A stretch of DNA of 64,000 bases from contig JBAXLJ010000002.1 of the NCBI GenBank assembly GCA_037134915.1, positions 192,935 through 256,934 of the forward strand, in the 5' to 3' direction. Shown piece by piece: positions 15,831 to 25,280 of the stretch (position 1 is the first letter of the stretch; the number at the start of each line of letters is the position of its first letter). Position numbers and translations under genes: made by a program. Under the pieces are notes generated by a model. It was not told where the DNA came from and did not search any database. It was given only the letters and a program-made list of their open reading frames with translations. The stretch comes from Candidatus Falkowbacteria bacterium (GTDB lineage: Bacteria; Patescibacteriota; Patescibacteriia; Patescibacteriales; UBA12465).

Positions 15831-18320
15831 ATGAAAAAATTAATCACTTTATTTTTATTCGCCGTCGCTCTTTTTGGTTTGCAAATATCTATTGCTAGCG
15901 CCGCTTCGACCACTTTATCTCTTTCTAGTACTGGAGAAGGAGATAATGTTCAGATCTCAGTTTCGGGCGATCCTAGCTCAGGCGTTTTATTGCTTTTTCA
16001 GAAGACTAGTGGTACCTCTTTTATTAAATATTTAGGATCTAGCAACGCTAGTGGTTATTACTCGGCTACCTTTAGTACGGCTGATTTAGATGTGGCCCCG
16101 GGGTCATCAGTCCAAGTTAAGATTAATAACCAATTATCGGCTTCTGTAAATTGGCCTTATAATTCTGTAACTAATAGTGGTGCGATAACTTTAAGCAAAA
16201 CCGGTTTAATTTTAAGCGTCGGTGGAAATAATACGATAAATATAAATAATTTAGGTTCCAATAAAGTTTATCTATTAAACAATACTAATCCGCAAGTCGC
16301 TAATATTAATTTAAGCGGTTCTCAGGCGACAGTTTATGCTAATGCCTATGGTCAAACCGTTGCTACAATTTGTGTGTTAGGCACAACTTCTAACTGTGCC
16401 AGCGCCTATATTACGGTCCAAAATTCTGGCGCCCAGCCTTTAACTTTGAGTCAAAGTAATCTGACTATCGCTTATGGTCAAAGTTCTCAGGTTTCTATTT
16501 TAAATAGCACCGGAAATTACACAATTTTAAATAATTCCAACCCTAATGTTATTACCGCCAGTTTAAATGCCCAAACTATTACTTTAAATGCCAGTAACAA
16601 TGGTGGTTCGGCGGCTATTACAATTTGCACCACGGATATGAGTGCCTGTGGCATTATTAATGCCACGGTTGGTTCACTTAGTTCTTCGGCTTTAACTTTT
16701 AATCAAACGGCACCAACTCTAGCGGTTGGGCAAACTTTAATAGTGACAATTTCTGGTAGCGATGGCCCTTATAATATTTCCTCTAATTCTAATTCTAGTA
16801 TTGTAAATGCTTTTATTTCAGGCAACACTTTAAATTTAGTTGGTAATGGTGTTGGCTCTTCGGTGGTCACAGTTTGTTCTTCACAAGGGAACTGTAATTC
16901 TTTAACGGCTACAGTGAGCTACGCCTCAAACGGCGGCGCCTTGTCTTTAAGCCAAACTAATTTATGGTTACAGGTTGGCCAAGCGGCTAGTGTGGTCGTT
17001 TCTGGTGGCACAGCTCCTTATAGCTTTTTAAATGATGCTAGTTCAGCTACTTATTTCCAGACCAGTTTAAATAATAATATTTTAACCTTGACCGGTATTA
17101 GTGCTGGTTCAGCCAATATTAATGTCTGCTCCGCTGGTGGAGCCTGCAAACAATTGTCAGTTCTAGTAAATGGTGTTAGTTCTAACACTCAATTAACTTT
17201 TGGTAATAATAATTTAAATTTACGGGTCGGCGCCACTTCGGACGTTACTTTATATGGTTCGGGCGGCTACTATATTTCTAACAGTGTTAATCAAAATGTT
17301 GCCACGATTGTGGTAAATGGTAATAAGGCCACTGTCACTGCCGTTGGGGCGGGGAGCGCTAACGCTACTGTTTGCCAGACCGGTGGTCAATGTGGTGTGA
17401 TCTATGTTTCTGTGACCGCTACTAATTCGCTAATACCAATTGCTTTTAATGCCAGTAATCCGACTCTTTCCGTGGGACAAAATTTTAGTGTTTCCATTTC
17501 TGGTGGTTCTAGCAACGTCTATTACATCTCTTCAAATTCTAATCCCGCCATTGTGCAAGCTAATATCAGCGGTAGTATTTTATCGTTAACCGGTAATGTC
17601 AGTGGTTCTTCAGTAATTAATATTTGTTCAGCGACTAATAACTGTAATTCTTTGTCAGTCACCGTTAATAATGTGGTTACTCCAGTTATTGTCGCTCCGA
17701 CACCCACCACCACTCCAACTAGCACACCTACCCCCGTAGTTAATACCGATGAAGCTTTGTTAATTTTTAACGGCAATGTTGAAACTATCGCTAGTAAAGT
17801 CGGAGCTAAACGTAACACCGCTACCGAAAAAAACTATTTAACTCGTTACACTAAACCACTGCTTGTCGGATTAAAATTAAGCACCGCGGCGATAAATAAC
17901 CTTAATTATTTTATCGTTTATGGCACCCCGAGCACGGTCAAATTAGGCGCCGGCGAACGGGCTGGAGTTTTGGGTTCATACCTTAGTGCTTATAAAAAAT
18001 TACCGACAGCTTTAACTGATTGGTCTGATTTAATTAGAATTAGTACTGGTAATCAACCGGTGGGATTAAGTGTGGCTGCTGAAAATCAAGCTAAACTAGA
18101 ATTTAAAAAAGTTTATAACCGGGCACCCGCCATGGCCACCAGTAACACTGATTTAAGTGCCGTTAAAATTATTGCTTATGGCCTTCGTTTCCCAATTCGT
18201 AATGCTAGTGCCGAAAAAGCAGCCGTTAAAGCCTTTACTAAAGTTTACGCCCACGCTCCGATTAGCCCCTTAGCCTGGAATATCGTTCGAGCAATCACTT
18301 ATAGTGGCGTTATTAAATAA
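15831..18320 (+). CDS. Secreted protein with six tandem Cys-paired Ig-like (Big_2-like) repeats, PT linker and conserved C-terminal domain
   Basis: Signal peptide ..LQISIASA. Six repeats of ~83 aa. Linker APTPTTTPTSTPTP. The ~190-aa C-terminal domain (..GERAGVLGSYLSAYKKLP..DWSDL..) has unknown function. Confidence 0.8.
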   Translation: MKKLITLFLFAVALFGLQISIASAASTTLSLSSTGEGDNVQISVSGDPSSGVLLLFQKTSGTSFIKYLGSSNASGYYSATFSTADLDVAPGSSVQVKINNQLSASVNWPYNSVTNSGAITLSKTGLILSVGGNNTININNLGSNKVYLLNNTNPQVANINLSGSQATVYANAYGQTVATICVLGTTSNCASAYITVQNSGAQPLTLSQSNLTIAYGQSSQVSILNSTGNYTILNNSNPNVITASLNAQTITLNASNNGGSAAITICTTDMSACGIINATVGSLSSSALTFNQTAPTLAVGQTLIVTISGSDGPYNISSNSNSSIVNAFISGNTLNLVGNGVGSSVVTVCSSQGNCNSLTATVSYASNGGALSLSQTNLWLQVGQAASVVVSGGTAPYSFLNDASSATYFQTSLNNNILTLTGISAGSANINVCSAGGACKQLSVLVNGVSSNTQLTFGNNNLNLRVGATSDVTLYGSGGYYISNSVNQNVATIVVNGNKATVTAVGAGSANATVCQTGGQCGVIYVSVTATNSLIPIAFNASNPTLSVGQNFSVSISGGSSNVYYISSNSNPAIVQANISGSILSLTGNVSGSSVINICSATNNCNSLSVTVNNVVTPVIVAPTPTTTPTSTPTPVVNTDEALLIFNGNVETIASKVGAKRNTATEKNYLTRYTKPLLVGLKLSTAAINNLNYFIVYGTPSTVKLGAGERAGVLGSYLSAYKKLPTALTDWSDLIRISTGNQPVGLSVAAENQAKLEFKKVYNRAPAMATSNTDLSAVKIIAYGLRFPIRNASAEKAAVKAFTKVYAHAPISPLAWNIVRAITYSGVIK
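16179..17672 (+). repeat. Six tandem ~250-nt coding repeats (protein-level ~83-aa units)
   Basis: Each unit has the form L(T/S)(L/F)..S/N..L.L.VGQ....V..SG....Y.I.SNSN..(I)V.A.(I)SGN.L.L.G...GS..(I/V).(I/V)C(5-7 aa)C....V.V. Examples: VTVCSSQGNCNSLTATV, INVCSAGGACKQLSVLV, ATVCQTGGQCGVIYVSV, INICSATNNCNSLSVTV. Confidence 0.8.
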
Positions 18321-18432
18321 AAAAATGAAATATATAAAGGCCTCTCTTTGTCGGGAGGCTTTTTGCTTTTTTAGCAACTAATGCTAAAATATACTAGGTA
18401 TTAATTATTATTGACTATTAATTTCTTTTATT

Positions 18433-20589
18433 ATGACTTCAAAATTTTATCTGCGTGTTTTGCAGTTTGGCGCCATTGCTTCACTGGTTACTGTTTTTCT
18501 GGTTTTTTCGGATTTGTTATTTCCTTATATTACTTCTAAGCAGTTAACCTTCAACATTTTAACCGAGTTCTTATTGCTTATTTGGGCCGTTTTTATTTGG
18601 AAATTTCCAACCTACAGACCCAAAAAATCTTTAATTACCTGGGGCATTATCGCTTTTTTAGGGGCGATTTTACTGTCTTGTTTTGTGAGTGTTGATTTTA
18701 ATACCAGTTTTTGGGGGGACGCTGAGAGAATGTTGGGCGTTTTTCATATTATTCATTTCTTCTTCTTATATTTAGTCTTAATTACGGTTTTTAAGTCTTA
18801 TAAAGACTGGCAAGTTCTGCTCGCTTCTTCAGTGGCGATTGCGACTATTGTCAGTATTATGGGGCTCGCGGGTAATGCTTATAGTACAATCGGTAATACG
18901 GCTTATGTTAGCGGTTATCTTATTTTTAATTTATATTTTTGTGCTTTGTTGTTCTTTAGGGCTAAAAAACAGAGCTGGCGCTGGTTTCTGCTGATTCCGG
19001 TGCTGATTATGTTGTTTGAATTTGCCAAGACTCATACTTCTGGGGCGATTATCGGGCTAGGTATCAGCGTACTTTTTATCGTTTTCTTAATTGGCGTTTT
19101 ACATCAGAACAAGAAAATTAAGATTGCCGCCTGGAGTTCTCTAATTATGGCTATTTTAATTTTGGTGTTAATTTTTTCGCAACAAAATGCTGCCTGGTTT
19201 GAAAATTCCTTTCTTAAAAATTTAACCGCTCAAAAAGCCACCTTTCAAACCCGTTTAATTTCTTGGGAAGCGGCCGCTAAGGATTTTCACAATCATCCTT
19301 TACTCGGCGTAGGCTTTGGTAATTATTCGGTGATTTTTGATCGTTATTTCCAGGCTAAATTTTATGACTACTCCAGAGGTGATACCTATTTTGACCGGGC
19401 TCATAATAATTTAATTGATATTGCCTCAACCTCAGGAATTATTGGTTTACTCGCTTATCTAAGTATTTTTGTAGCGGTCATTATTTATTTACTTCAACTG
19501 ATTAAAAAAGATCGTCATAATTTTGAACCTATTATTTTAATTGGTTTGTTTACGGCTTACTTTATTCAGAATTTGGCGGTTTTTGATTCGCTTGTGACTT
19601 ATATTGGACTGATGATTTCCTTGGCTTATATTTATTATTTAATTAATCCGGAAACAGCCAAGGAAACCGAAAAACCAGTGGCCGAATTTACGGCGCTCAC
19701 GATTGGTTTTATCATTGTCTTAATCCTAACTAATTATTTCAATATCAGACCGTGGCAAGCCTTTCAGGGGGTAATTAAGGGCTATACCGCCTTGGTTCAG
19801 GGTGAGGTAAATTATGGCCTGGAAGTTTACAAAGACGCCTTTTCCAGTAACACGCCTTTAGACCGCGATGGCAAAACAGCGCTTATTAATTCCGTGATTA
19901 CTTCGCCGCAAGTTATTTTCCAATTACCACCGGCTGAAGGTAAGGCGGCGATGGATTATGTAATCTCTTTAGCCAGAGAAAATCTAGAAAATAATTATGA
20001 AGATAGCTTGATGCAGCTACAGCTGGCTCAAGTAAATAGTTTGGCTTTTGGTTTAAAAATAAACAACCCTCAGGCTTTAAATACCTATTATGATGACGCT
20101 TTAAAGGCAGTCGATGCTTCTATTGGGGCTAGCCCACAAAGAATTCCGGTTTACTTTATGAAAGCTAATATTCTGCTGGCTAAAGGGAACTACGACGGGG
20201 CCATTTCGGTAATTAACCAATCAATTGAGTTTAATCCTAAGTTTCCTGATACTTATTGTCAGCTCTACCGCATTTACTCCCTTAAGAAAGATCTTAAAAA
20301 TGCCTATGCCTATGGTGACAAATGTGTCGATTTAAAAGGCGGTGACACTCTGGGTATGAGTAAAGAATTTTTAGCTTTAATTGATCATTATTATCAAGCT
20401 AAAGACTGGGATAGATCAATTGCCCTAATTAAACAATTAGTGATTTATCAGCCTAATAATGAACAAGCCTGGCGTTTTCTGGCTGAAGTTTATCAGCAGT
20501 CGGGTGATATTATGGATGCTAATGAAGCTTTAAGCCATGTTAGCGCTAAGACTGGTAATCCGGCGACTACTTCCAGTTCGCTTGAATAA
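18433..20589 (+). CDS. O-antigen ligase/polymerase-like (Wzy_C) polytopic membrane protein fused to C-terminal TPR repeats
   Basis: About 12 TM segments. The loop HNHPLLGVGFGNYSVIF is typical of Wzy_C/WaaL/PglL-type proteins. The C-terminal ~250 aa carry TPR-like repeats (AISVINQSIEFNPKFPDTYCQLYRIY; AKDWDRSIALIKQLVIYQPNNEQAWRFLAEVYQQSGD). Confidence 0.8.
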   Translation: MTSKFYLRVLQFGAIASLVTVFLVFSDLLFPYITSKQLTFNILTEFLLLIWAVFIWKFPTYRPKKSLITWGIIAFLGAILLSCFVSVDFNTSFWGDAERMLGVFHIIHFFFLYLVLITVFKSYKDWQVLLASSVAIATIVSIMGLAGNAYSTIGNTAYVSGYLIFNLYFCALLFFRAKKQSWRWFLLIPVLIMLFEFAKTHTSGAIIGLGISVLFIVFLIGVLHQNKKIKIAAWSSLIMAILILVLIFSQQNAAWFENSFLKNLTAQKATFQTRLISWEAAAKDFHNHPLLGVGFGNYSVIFDRYFQAKFYDYSRGDTYFDRAHNNLIDIASTSGIIGLLAYLSIFVAVIIYLLQLIKKDRHNFEPIILIGLFTAYFIQNLAVFDSLVTYIGLMISLAYIYYLINPETAKETEKPVAEFTALTIGFIIVLILTNYFNIRPWQAFQGVIKGYTALVQGEVNYGLEVYKDAFSSNTPLDRDGKTALINSVITSPQVIFQLPPAEGKAAMDYVISLARENLENNYEDSLMQLQLAQVNSLAFGLKINNPQALNTYYDDALKAVDASIGASPQRIPVYFMKANILLAKGNYDGAISVINQSIEFNPKFPDTYCQLYRIYSLKKDLKNAYAYGDKCVDLKGGDTLGMSKEFLALIDHYYQAKDWDRSIALIKQLVIYQPNNEQAWRFLAEVYQQSGDIMDANEALSHVSAKTGNPATTSSSLE

Positions 20590-20810
20590 TAAAAATTTTT
20601 AGGAAAATAAAAAAATCGATTTATCGCTTGGTAGGTCGATTTTTTAATTATGTCAAATAATAATATTTATTTTAAAAATAATAATAAATTGGTTTTAGTA
20701 TTTTTTGAGGTTTTGTTAAGGCAGCCTTAATTAGCTTTTTGTTATGATATTTTCATATTAATTGCTTAGCTTAATTTAAATCTTTTTATTTTAAGCGGCA
20801 CTTCAAAAAT

Positions 20811-21761
20811 ATGGATAAAATAAAAATCATTTGGCAAAAAACAAGAGATTTTATTAAAAAACATTGGTTAATTTGCGCTGGTTCTTTTGGATTCATCTTA
20901 CTTATTATGATGTTTTTGCCAGTCTTTCGTTCGAGCTGGCTCTATTATCCAGATTCTCTGCGTGGCCGGATTGCGCTTAAAAAATTGGCAGCGGCTTCAG
21001 AAACCGGAATTTATTGTCACGAAGATTGCAGCGCCAAGAGTCTCTTATACAAAAATATAATCAGTTCAGCTTTAGCTAAGGAAAAGGAAAAATTATTACC
21101 TGATTTAGAAGCAGCTATTTTAGATTTTAAAGTTTTACCAGAAAATAGAAAAATGTTAATTGATCTCTGGCAAGTCAGTGGGCAAGAGCCGAGCGCTAAG
21201 CTTAAAGAATTTTATAACAACCCTAATAATCCTTTGGTTTTAAGAGCGGCGCTAGTTAAAGCTTGGCCACAGCTAGACAGTGGTTCTGGGGTAGCGGAGA
21301 TGGTTGGTAGTTTTAAAGCTGCAACTAGTGAGGCGCAAAAGATTGAGATTCTTAATTTACTAACTGGTAAAAGTGAGGCAGTAGTCCTTAAATTAATTTG
21401 GGATTTAATTTTAGGTGATTACTCGGATAATTTAAAAAATAAAGCTTGGTTTTTACTGGCCAACATTGATAATAAACAAATTGCTTATCAAGCGATTGAT
21501 CTAGATAATTTACGATTAGTTTTAGAATCTGGGACTTATCCGTCGCGCTTAAAAGATCAGGCTATTTTAGTTCTAAATGATTATTATCTTTACTATCCGG
21601 AGCTTAGCCAGTCTTTACTAGTTGATGTGGTTAATCGAACCAAATATTTTGACGACTATCAAAGAAGTTTCGCGATTGATATCCTAAATCGCTACCGAAC
21701 AGATAAAATCATGATGCCCGAATTATCCTTAGATGACTGGAATGCTTATTTTAAAAATTAA
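20811..21761 (+). CDS. Hypothetical N-terminally anchored alpha-helical protein
   Basis: One TM (WLICAGSFGFILLIMMFLPVF), with the remainder helical-repeat-like. No motif recognised. Confidence 0.5.
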   Translation: MDKIKIIWQKTRDFIKKHWLICAGSFGFILLIMMFLPVFRSSWLYYPDSLRGRIALKKLAAASETGIYCHEDCSAKSLLYKNIISSALAKEKEKLLPDLEAAILDFKVLPENRKMLIDLWQVSGQEPSAKLKEFYNNPNNPLVLRAALVKAWPQLDSGSGVAEMVGSFKAATSEAQKIEILNLLTGKSEAVVLKLIWDLILGDYSDNLKNKAWFLLANIDNKQIAYQAIDLDNLRLVLESGTYPSRLKDQAILVLNDYYLYYPELSQSLLVDVVNRTKYFDDYQRSFAIDILNRYRTDKIMMPELSLDDWNAYFKN

Positions 21762-21803
21762 TAAATAATAAAAAAGCGGCGCCCCCTTAGCTAGCTTAAA
21801 GTT

Positions 21804-24800
21804 ATGATGAAGAAGATTATTTCTTTGGGGCTACTTGTGATTCCGACGCTGTTTTTACCTTTAAAACCAGCCGCGGCGCTACCCCTTGGAACGCTGCTGT
21901 ATCGAACTTCGGGTGGTGACAAAATGTACGGTTATAATACCACTGATTTAATTGTGGCCGAAAAAGGGAAGCTAGCTCACATTTATTCTGGGCACACCGC
22001 GATTTACGTCGGTCAGGAAAACGGGGTTGATTATATTGTGGAAATGCAGCCCAAGGGGGCAATAAAAGTTCCGGCTAAATATTTTATTAATGAATCGCTG
22101 GGCGAAAAATTAGTCGGAGCGAAATTACCAAGTCAGGCTTCGCCACTGCAAATAGCTAAAGCGGTCGCTATTGCTAAGAATTTAGCTAATAATAATTTGG
22201 CCTATGATTTTGATTTTAAATATCAAAAAGGACCGCAAGCTGGCCAGTGGATTTGTTCAGGTTTAACTGAAAAAGTTTATGAAAGCGCTAATATCAGTAA
22301 TCCGACTAATTTAAATTCTTTGGAATATGATCCAAACTATTACGCCGTCGATATAACGCCCGATGGTTATGACAATGAAGGCATTTATAATTCGGCTGGC
22401 GATTGTTTTTCAGAAAATCGAGAATATTCCAAAATTACACGTAAGACTGATATGTTAATTCCGGCACCAGAGCTAATTGGCTATGATGTGGGCTTAGAAT
22501 TTAATGGTGACCGCTATATTTTTTTGCCATACACTCAATATCTGCAAAGTAGCCTTAAAGATGTACCGATAGATATTACCTTGGCCTCGTCTTTTTCGGA
22601 ACCGGAGGTTCGTGGCAACTCCCCCATCCTCGGTTTAATTTTAAAGTGGAGTTTAATTAATAATCCAATCTCCACTGTTAAAAATCTAGCGAGCAAAGTC
22701 AGTGATGGTTTAATAGCGATTAAGAATAAGGTTTTCCCTGATAACAGCGTGGCTCTGGCTGATAATTCAAGTGCTTATGATTTTGGAGCGGCTTCTACGG
22801 CTACTAAAACGGCTACTTCAAAAGTTACCGCCACTAAGGCCACTAGTTCTAAAACTAGTAGCACTAAGGTGGCCACCACTAAAACAGCCACTACTAAAGC
22901 GAGCGGCACCAAAATTGTGGCCGTTAAAACTCCGGTGATTAAAGCCACAACTACCACCAGCTCTAAAACTACCACGCCTAAGGCTTCAGTCACTCCAGCT
23001 ACTAGCACCGCTTCGGTCGTAAACACAACGACTAAGAAAACTGCGGTGGCAGTGGTTAGAACTACGGCCAAACCAACAGTGACTAGTGCCACTAAAGCTA
23101 CGACCACTGTCTCGCATACCACTTCGACTCCGGTTGTTACGGCCAGTACTACGCCCGCGGCCACGAGTACGGTTGAAGAATCAGAAGTAATTCCGGACTC
23201 CGTCGAATCATCGACTCCCGTAGCTTTGATTGCCAAAATATATAGCAATGATGGCGATGACTGGTTAGAAATTGTTAATACCTCCGATCAGGACTTTGAT
23301 TTAGCCGCTGCTGGTTATCGTTTAGAGAAAGCTAAAACGGCCGCCGACCCCACGCTAATTATGCGTTTTGGTGATGAGGCTGATGGAGTTTATCCAGGGG
23401 GAACAATTATTAGCGCTTATGGTTCGTATTTAGTAGCTAGTAGTAAGGCTTCTGAAGAAACCAAAGCGAGAGCGGACGCCATTTCTACTAAAGATACTTT
23501 TTCTTGGACGGATGATGCTTACACTATATATTTAGGGACGGCTGCTATTTCTTCAGATGATGATTCGGATATTGTTGATAAGCTTGGTTATGGCACGGCT
23601 TTATATTTTGAGGGGAGAGCTCCGGCACCGGCTTTAAAACCGGGTTATGCCTTGGAGCGTCGTGCTAGTGCTACTTCCACGGTGGAACTGCTCGCTACAG
23701 GCGGTTTGCAAGAATTTTGGCCGCGACTCTTTAATAGTCACGATAATAGCGCGGATTTTTTATTAATACCTTATGATTTAGCGGTGATTGAATCGGAAAA
23801 CTCCACCACTGACAAGGAATCAACTAGTTCGGATTTATTTGTTAATCCGCCGGGCCTTAACTCCGAAGATTTAAGTCAGTTATGGCACTTTGATGAATGT
23901 TATGGCACGACGGCCGCTAATGAATTACAGCTAAGCGGTCAAAATCCAATGGATCTCAATCGTTTTGATCGCTGGTTACCTGGAAAATGGGGTTGTGCAG
24001 CTGGTTTAAGCTATACCGACACCAGCACTACTAAAGGAATTTTTAGTGGCCCATTGGACCCTAATCAATTTTCTTTAAATTTCTATTATAAAAATGATAG
24101 CGGTAACTTTAATCTGTTTCTAAATTTTTCAAATCCAGCTAGTTCTGGCCAACAAGCTTATTTAGAGTTTTCGCCTTATTACACTTCAATTTCCGGCTTT
24201 CCGGGTCCAGAAGGCCGCTTAAATACTCTAGTTTGGCCCAGTGATGGCGCCTGGCACCAAATAACTTTAGTGGTTAATCGCAGCGGTAATTATTGGTCGC
24301 TTTATCTCGATGGCCAAGAAGTCTACCGTTATGAATACAGCGGTATTATGCCCACCTTTGCTTATTTTGAAATGGGCAATAAACAGAACGAAGCAATTGC
24401 CGTTGACGAGCTTTCTATGTGGAGTCGGTCGCTACCGGAAACCGAAATTCGGACAATTAATTTATTAAATCAACCTTTTAATCCTTATGCCTGGCCCACC
24501 CCTCAGAAAGTAGCTAAATTAGAGCATTACTGGAGTTTTAATGAAAATGCCGGCACCTTAACTAAAGATTTAGTCTCTAGTAATGATATGCCGCTAAAAC
24601 TCGAACAATGGGATATGGAGGGTAAAAGTAGTAGTTCTTTAATGATTGGGTCAACAATAAATTTACCTTTGGCTAATTTGTCCGTGACTGATTTATCCTT
24701 GTCTTTTTGGTGGCGTAACACCAGTAGTCCCAATGAGGGTCGTTTACAACTCAGATTACTAAAAGATAACACCAGGACAATTATGTCACTTAAACCAACT

Positions 24801-25106
24801 ATCTATAACGCTACTTTTGGTTTTAATGATTATGGTGAATATTTCGTGCCTTATGGTCAAAGTTTTTTTCCAACGGATAATAAATGGCATCATTTAGCTT
24901 TAACTTATGATTCTTACCGCTACCAACTTAAATTTTACTTAGACGGTGAACTCAAACTGGAAAGGCAATTGGTTAAATTAAGGACTGGGGAAGAGATCAA
25001 CAATTTAGAGATTGTTCAAGAAAATTGGCTTTCATCACTTGACGAACTTAAGATTTGGTCCGGAACCTTAAGCGCTGCCCAAGTTTTGGCGGAATATAAT
25101 AATTAA
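21804..25106 (+). CDS. Secreted multidomain protein: permuted papain-like (YiiX/NlpC-P60-like) domain, Thr/Lys-rich linker, lamin-tail domain, two LamG/ConA-like lectin domains
   Basis: Signal peptide. GHTAIYVGQENGVDYIVEM and QWICSGLTEKVYESA are His and Cys motifs of permuted papain-fold amidases. Low-complexity T/K/S/A region at nt 22790-23170. The LTD motif is IYSNDGDDWLEIVNTSDQDFDLAAAGYRLEK. LamG_3-type ends are VDELSMWSRSLPETEI and LDELKIWSGTLSAAQV. Confidence 0.75.
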   Translation: MMKKIISLGLLVIPTLFLPLKPAAALPLGTLLYRTSGGDKMYGYNTTDLIVAEKGKLAHIYSGHTAIYVGQENGVDYIVEMQPKGAIKVPAKYFINESLGEKLVGAKLPSQASPLQIAKAVAIAKNLANNNLAYDFDFKYQKGPQAGQWICSGLTEKVYESANISNPTNLNSLEYDPNYYAVDITPDGYDNEGIYNSAGDCFSENREYSKITRKTDMLIPAPELIGYDVGLEFNGDRYIFLPYTQYLQSSLKDVPIDITLASSFSEPEVRGNSPILGLILKWSLINNPISTVKNLASKVSDGLIAIKNKVFPDNSVALADNSSAYDFGAASTATKTATSKVTATKATSSKTSSTKVATTKTATTKASGTKIVAVKTPVIKATTTTSSKTTTPKASVTPATSTASVVNTTTKKTAVAVVRTTAKPTVTSATKATTTVSHTTSTPVVTASTTPAATSTVEESEVIPDSVESSTPVALIAKIYSNDGDDWLEIVNTSDQDFDLAAAGYRLEKAKTAADPTLIMRFGDEADGVYPGGTIISAYGSYLVASSKASEETKARADAISTKDTFSWTDDAYTIYLGTAAISSDDDSDIVDKLGYGTALYFEGRAPAPALKPGYALERRASATSTVELLATGGLQEFWPRLFNSHDNSADFLLIPYDLAVIESENSTTDKESTSSDLFVNPPGLNSEDLSQLWHFDECYGTTAANELQLSGQNPMDLNRFDRWLPGKWGCAAGLSYTDTSTTKGIFSGPLDPNQFSLNFYYKNDSGNFNLFLNFSNPASSGQQAYLEFSPYYTSISGFPGPEGRLNTLVWPSDGAWHQITLVVNRSGNYWSLYLDGQEVYRYEYSGIMPTFAYFEMGNKQNEAIAVDELSMWSRSLPETEIRTINLLNQPFNPYAWPTPQKVAKLEHYWSFNENAGTLTKDLVSSNDMPLKLEQWDMEGKSSSSLMIGSTINLPLANLSVTDLSLSFWWRNTSSPNEGRLQLRLLKDNTRTIMSLKPTIYNATFGFNDYGEYFVPYGQSFFPTDNKWHHLALTYDSYRYQLKFYLDGELKLERQLVKLRTGEEINNLEIVQENWLSSLDELKIWSGTLSAAQVLAEYNN

Positions 25107-25280
25107 AATGATTATAGGGCTGATTTGCAAGCGGCCATATAAATAATAGCTTGCCTGAGCCTAGTCGAGAGACGGTGAGGGAAAAAAGAGCCGTTTTTAT
25201 GGCTCTTTTGGCTTGTCTAAAATAAAATTATATTTTTGTCAATAACTTGATTTTTTCCTTATTTTCTTGTAGTATATAAT

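Noticed and set aside
483-24772. Numerous antisense or internal ORFs of 60-160 aa in the track (for example 483-668, 2893-3150, 3905-4189, 5337-5828, 6262-6618, 13326-13724, 17522-17818, 22775-23248).
   Set aside because: Each lies entirely within a longer ORF that has clear family motifs or a secretion signal. Their compositions (for example the Val/Ala/Thr runs opposite Thr/Ser-rich genes) are mirror images of the real frame. They are shadow ORFs.
21804-25106. A diversity-generating retroelement targeting the C-terminal lectin-like domain of the large surface protein.
   Set aside because: There is no reverse transcriptase gene in the window. I also saw no template/variable repeat pair (near-identical ~100-nt copies differing at A positions).
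25247-25280. Promoter assignment for rnpB (TTGATT at 25247-25252, TATAAT at 25275-25280).
   Set aside because: The spacer would be 22 nt, and the TATAAT abuts the P1 helix, so the geometry does not fit a single sigma-70 promoter. I left it unannotated. The mature 5' end may come from processing.
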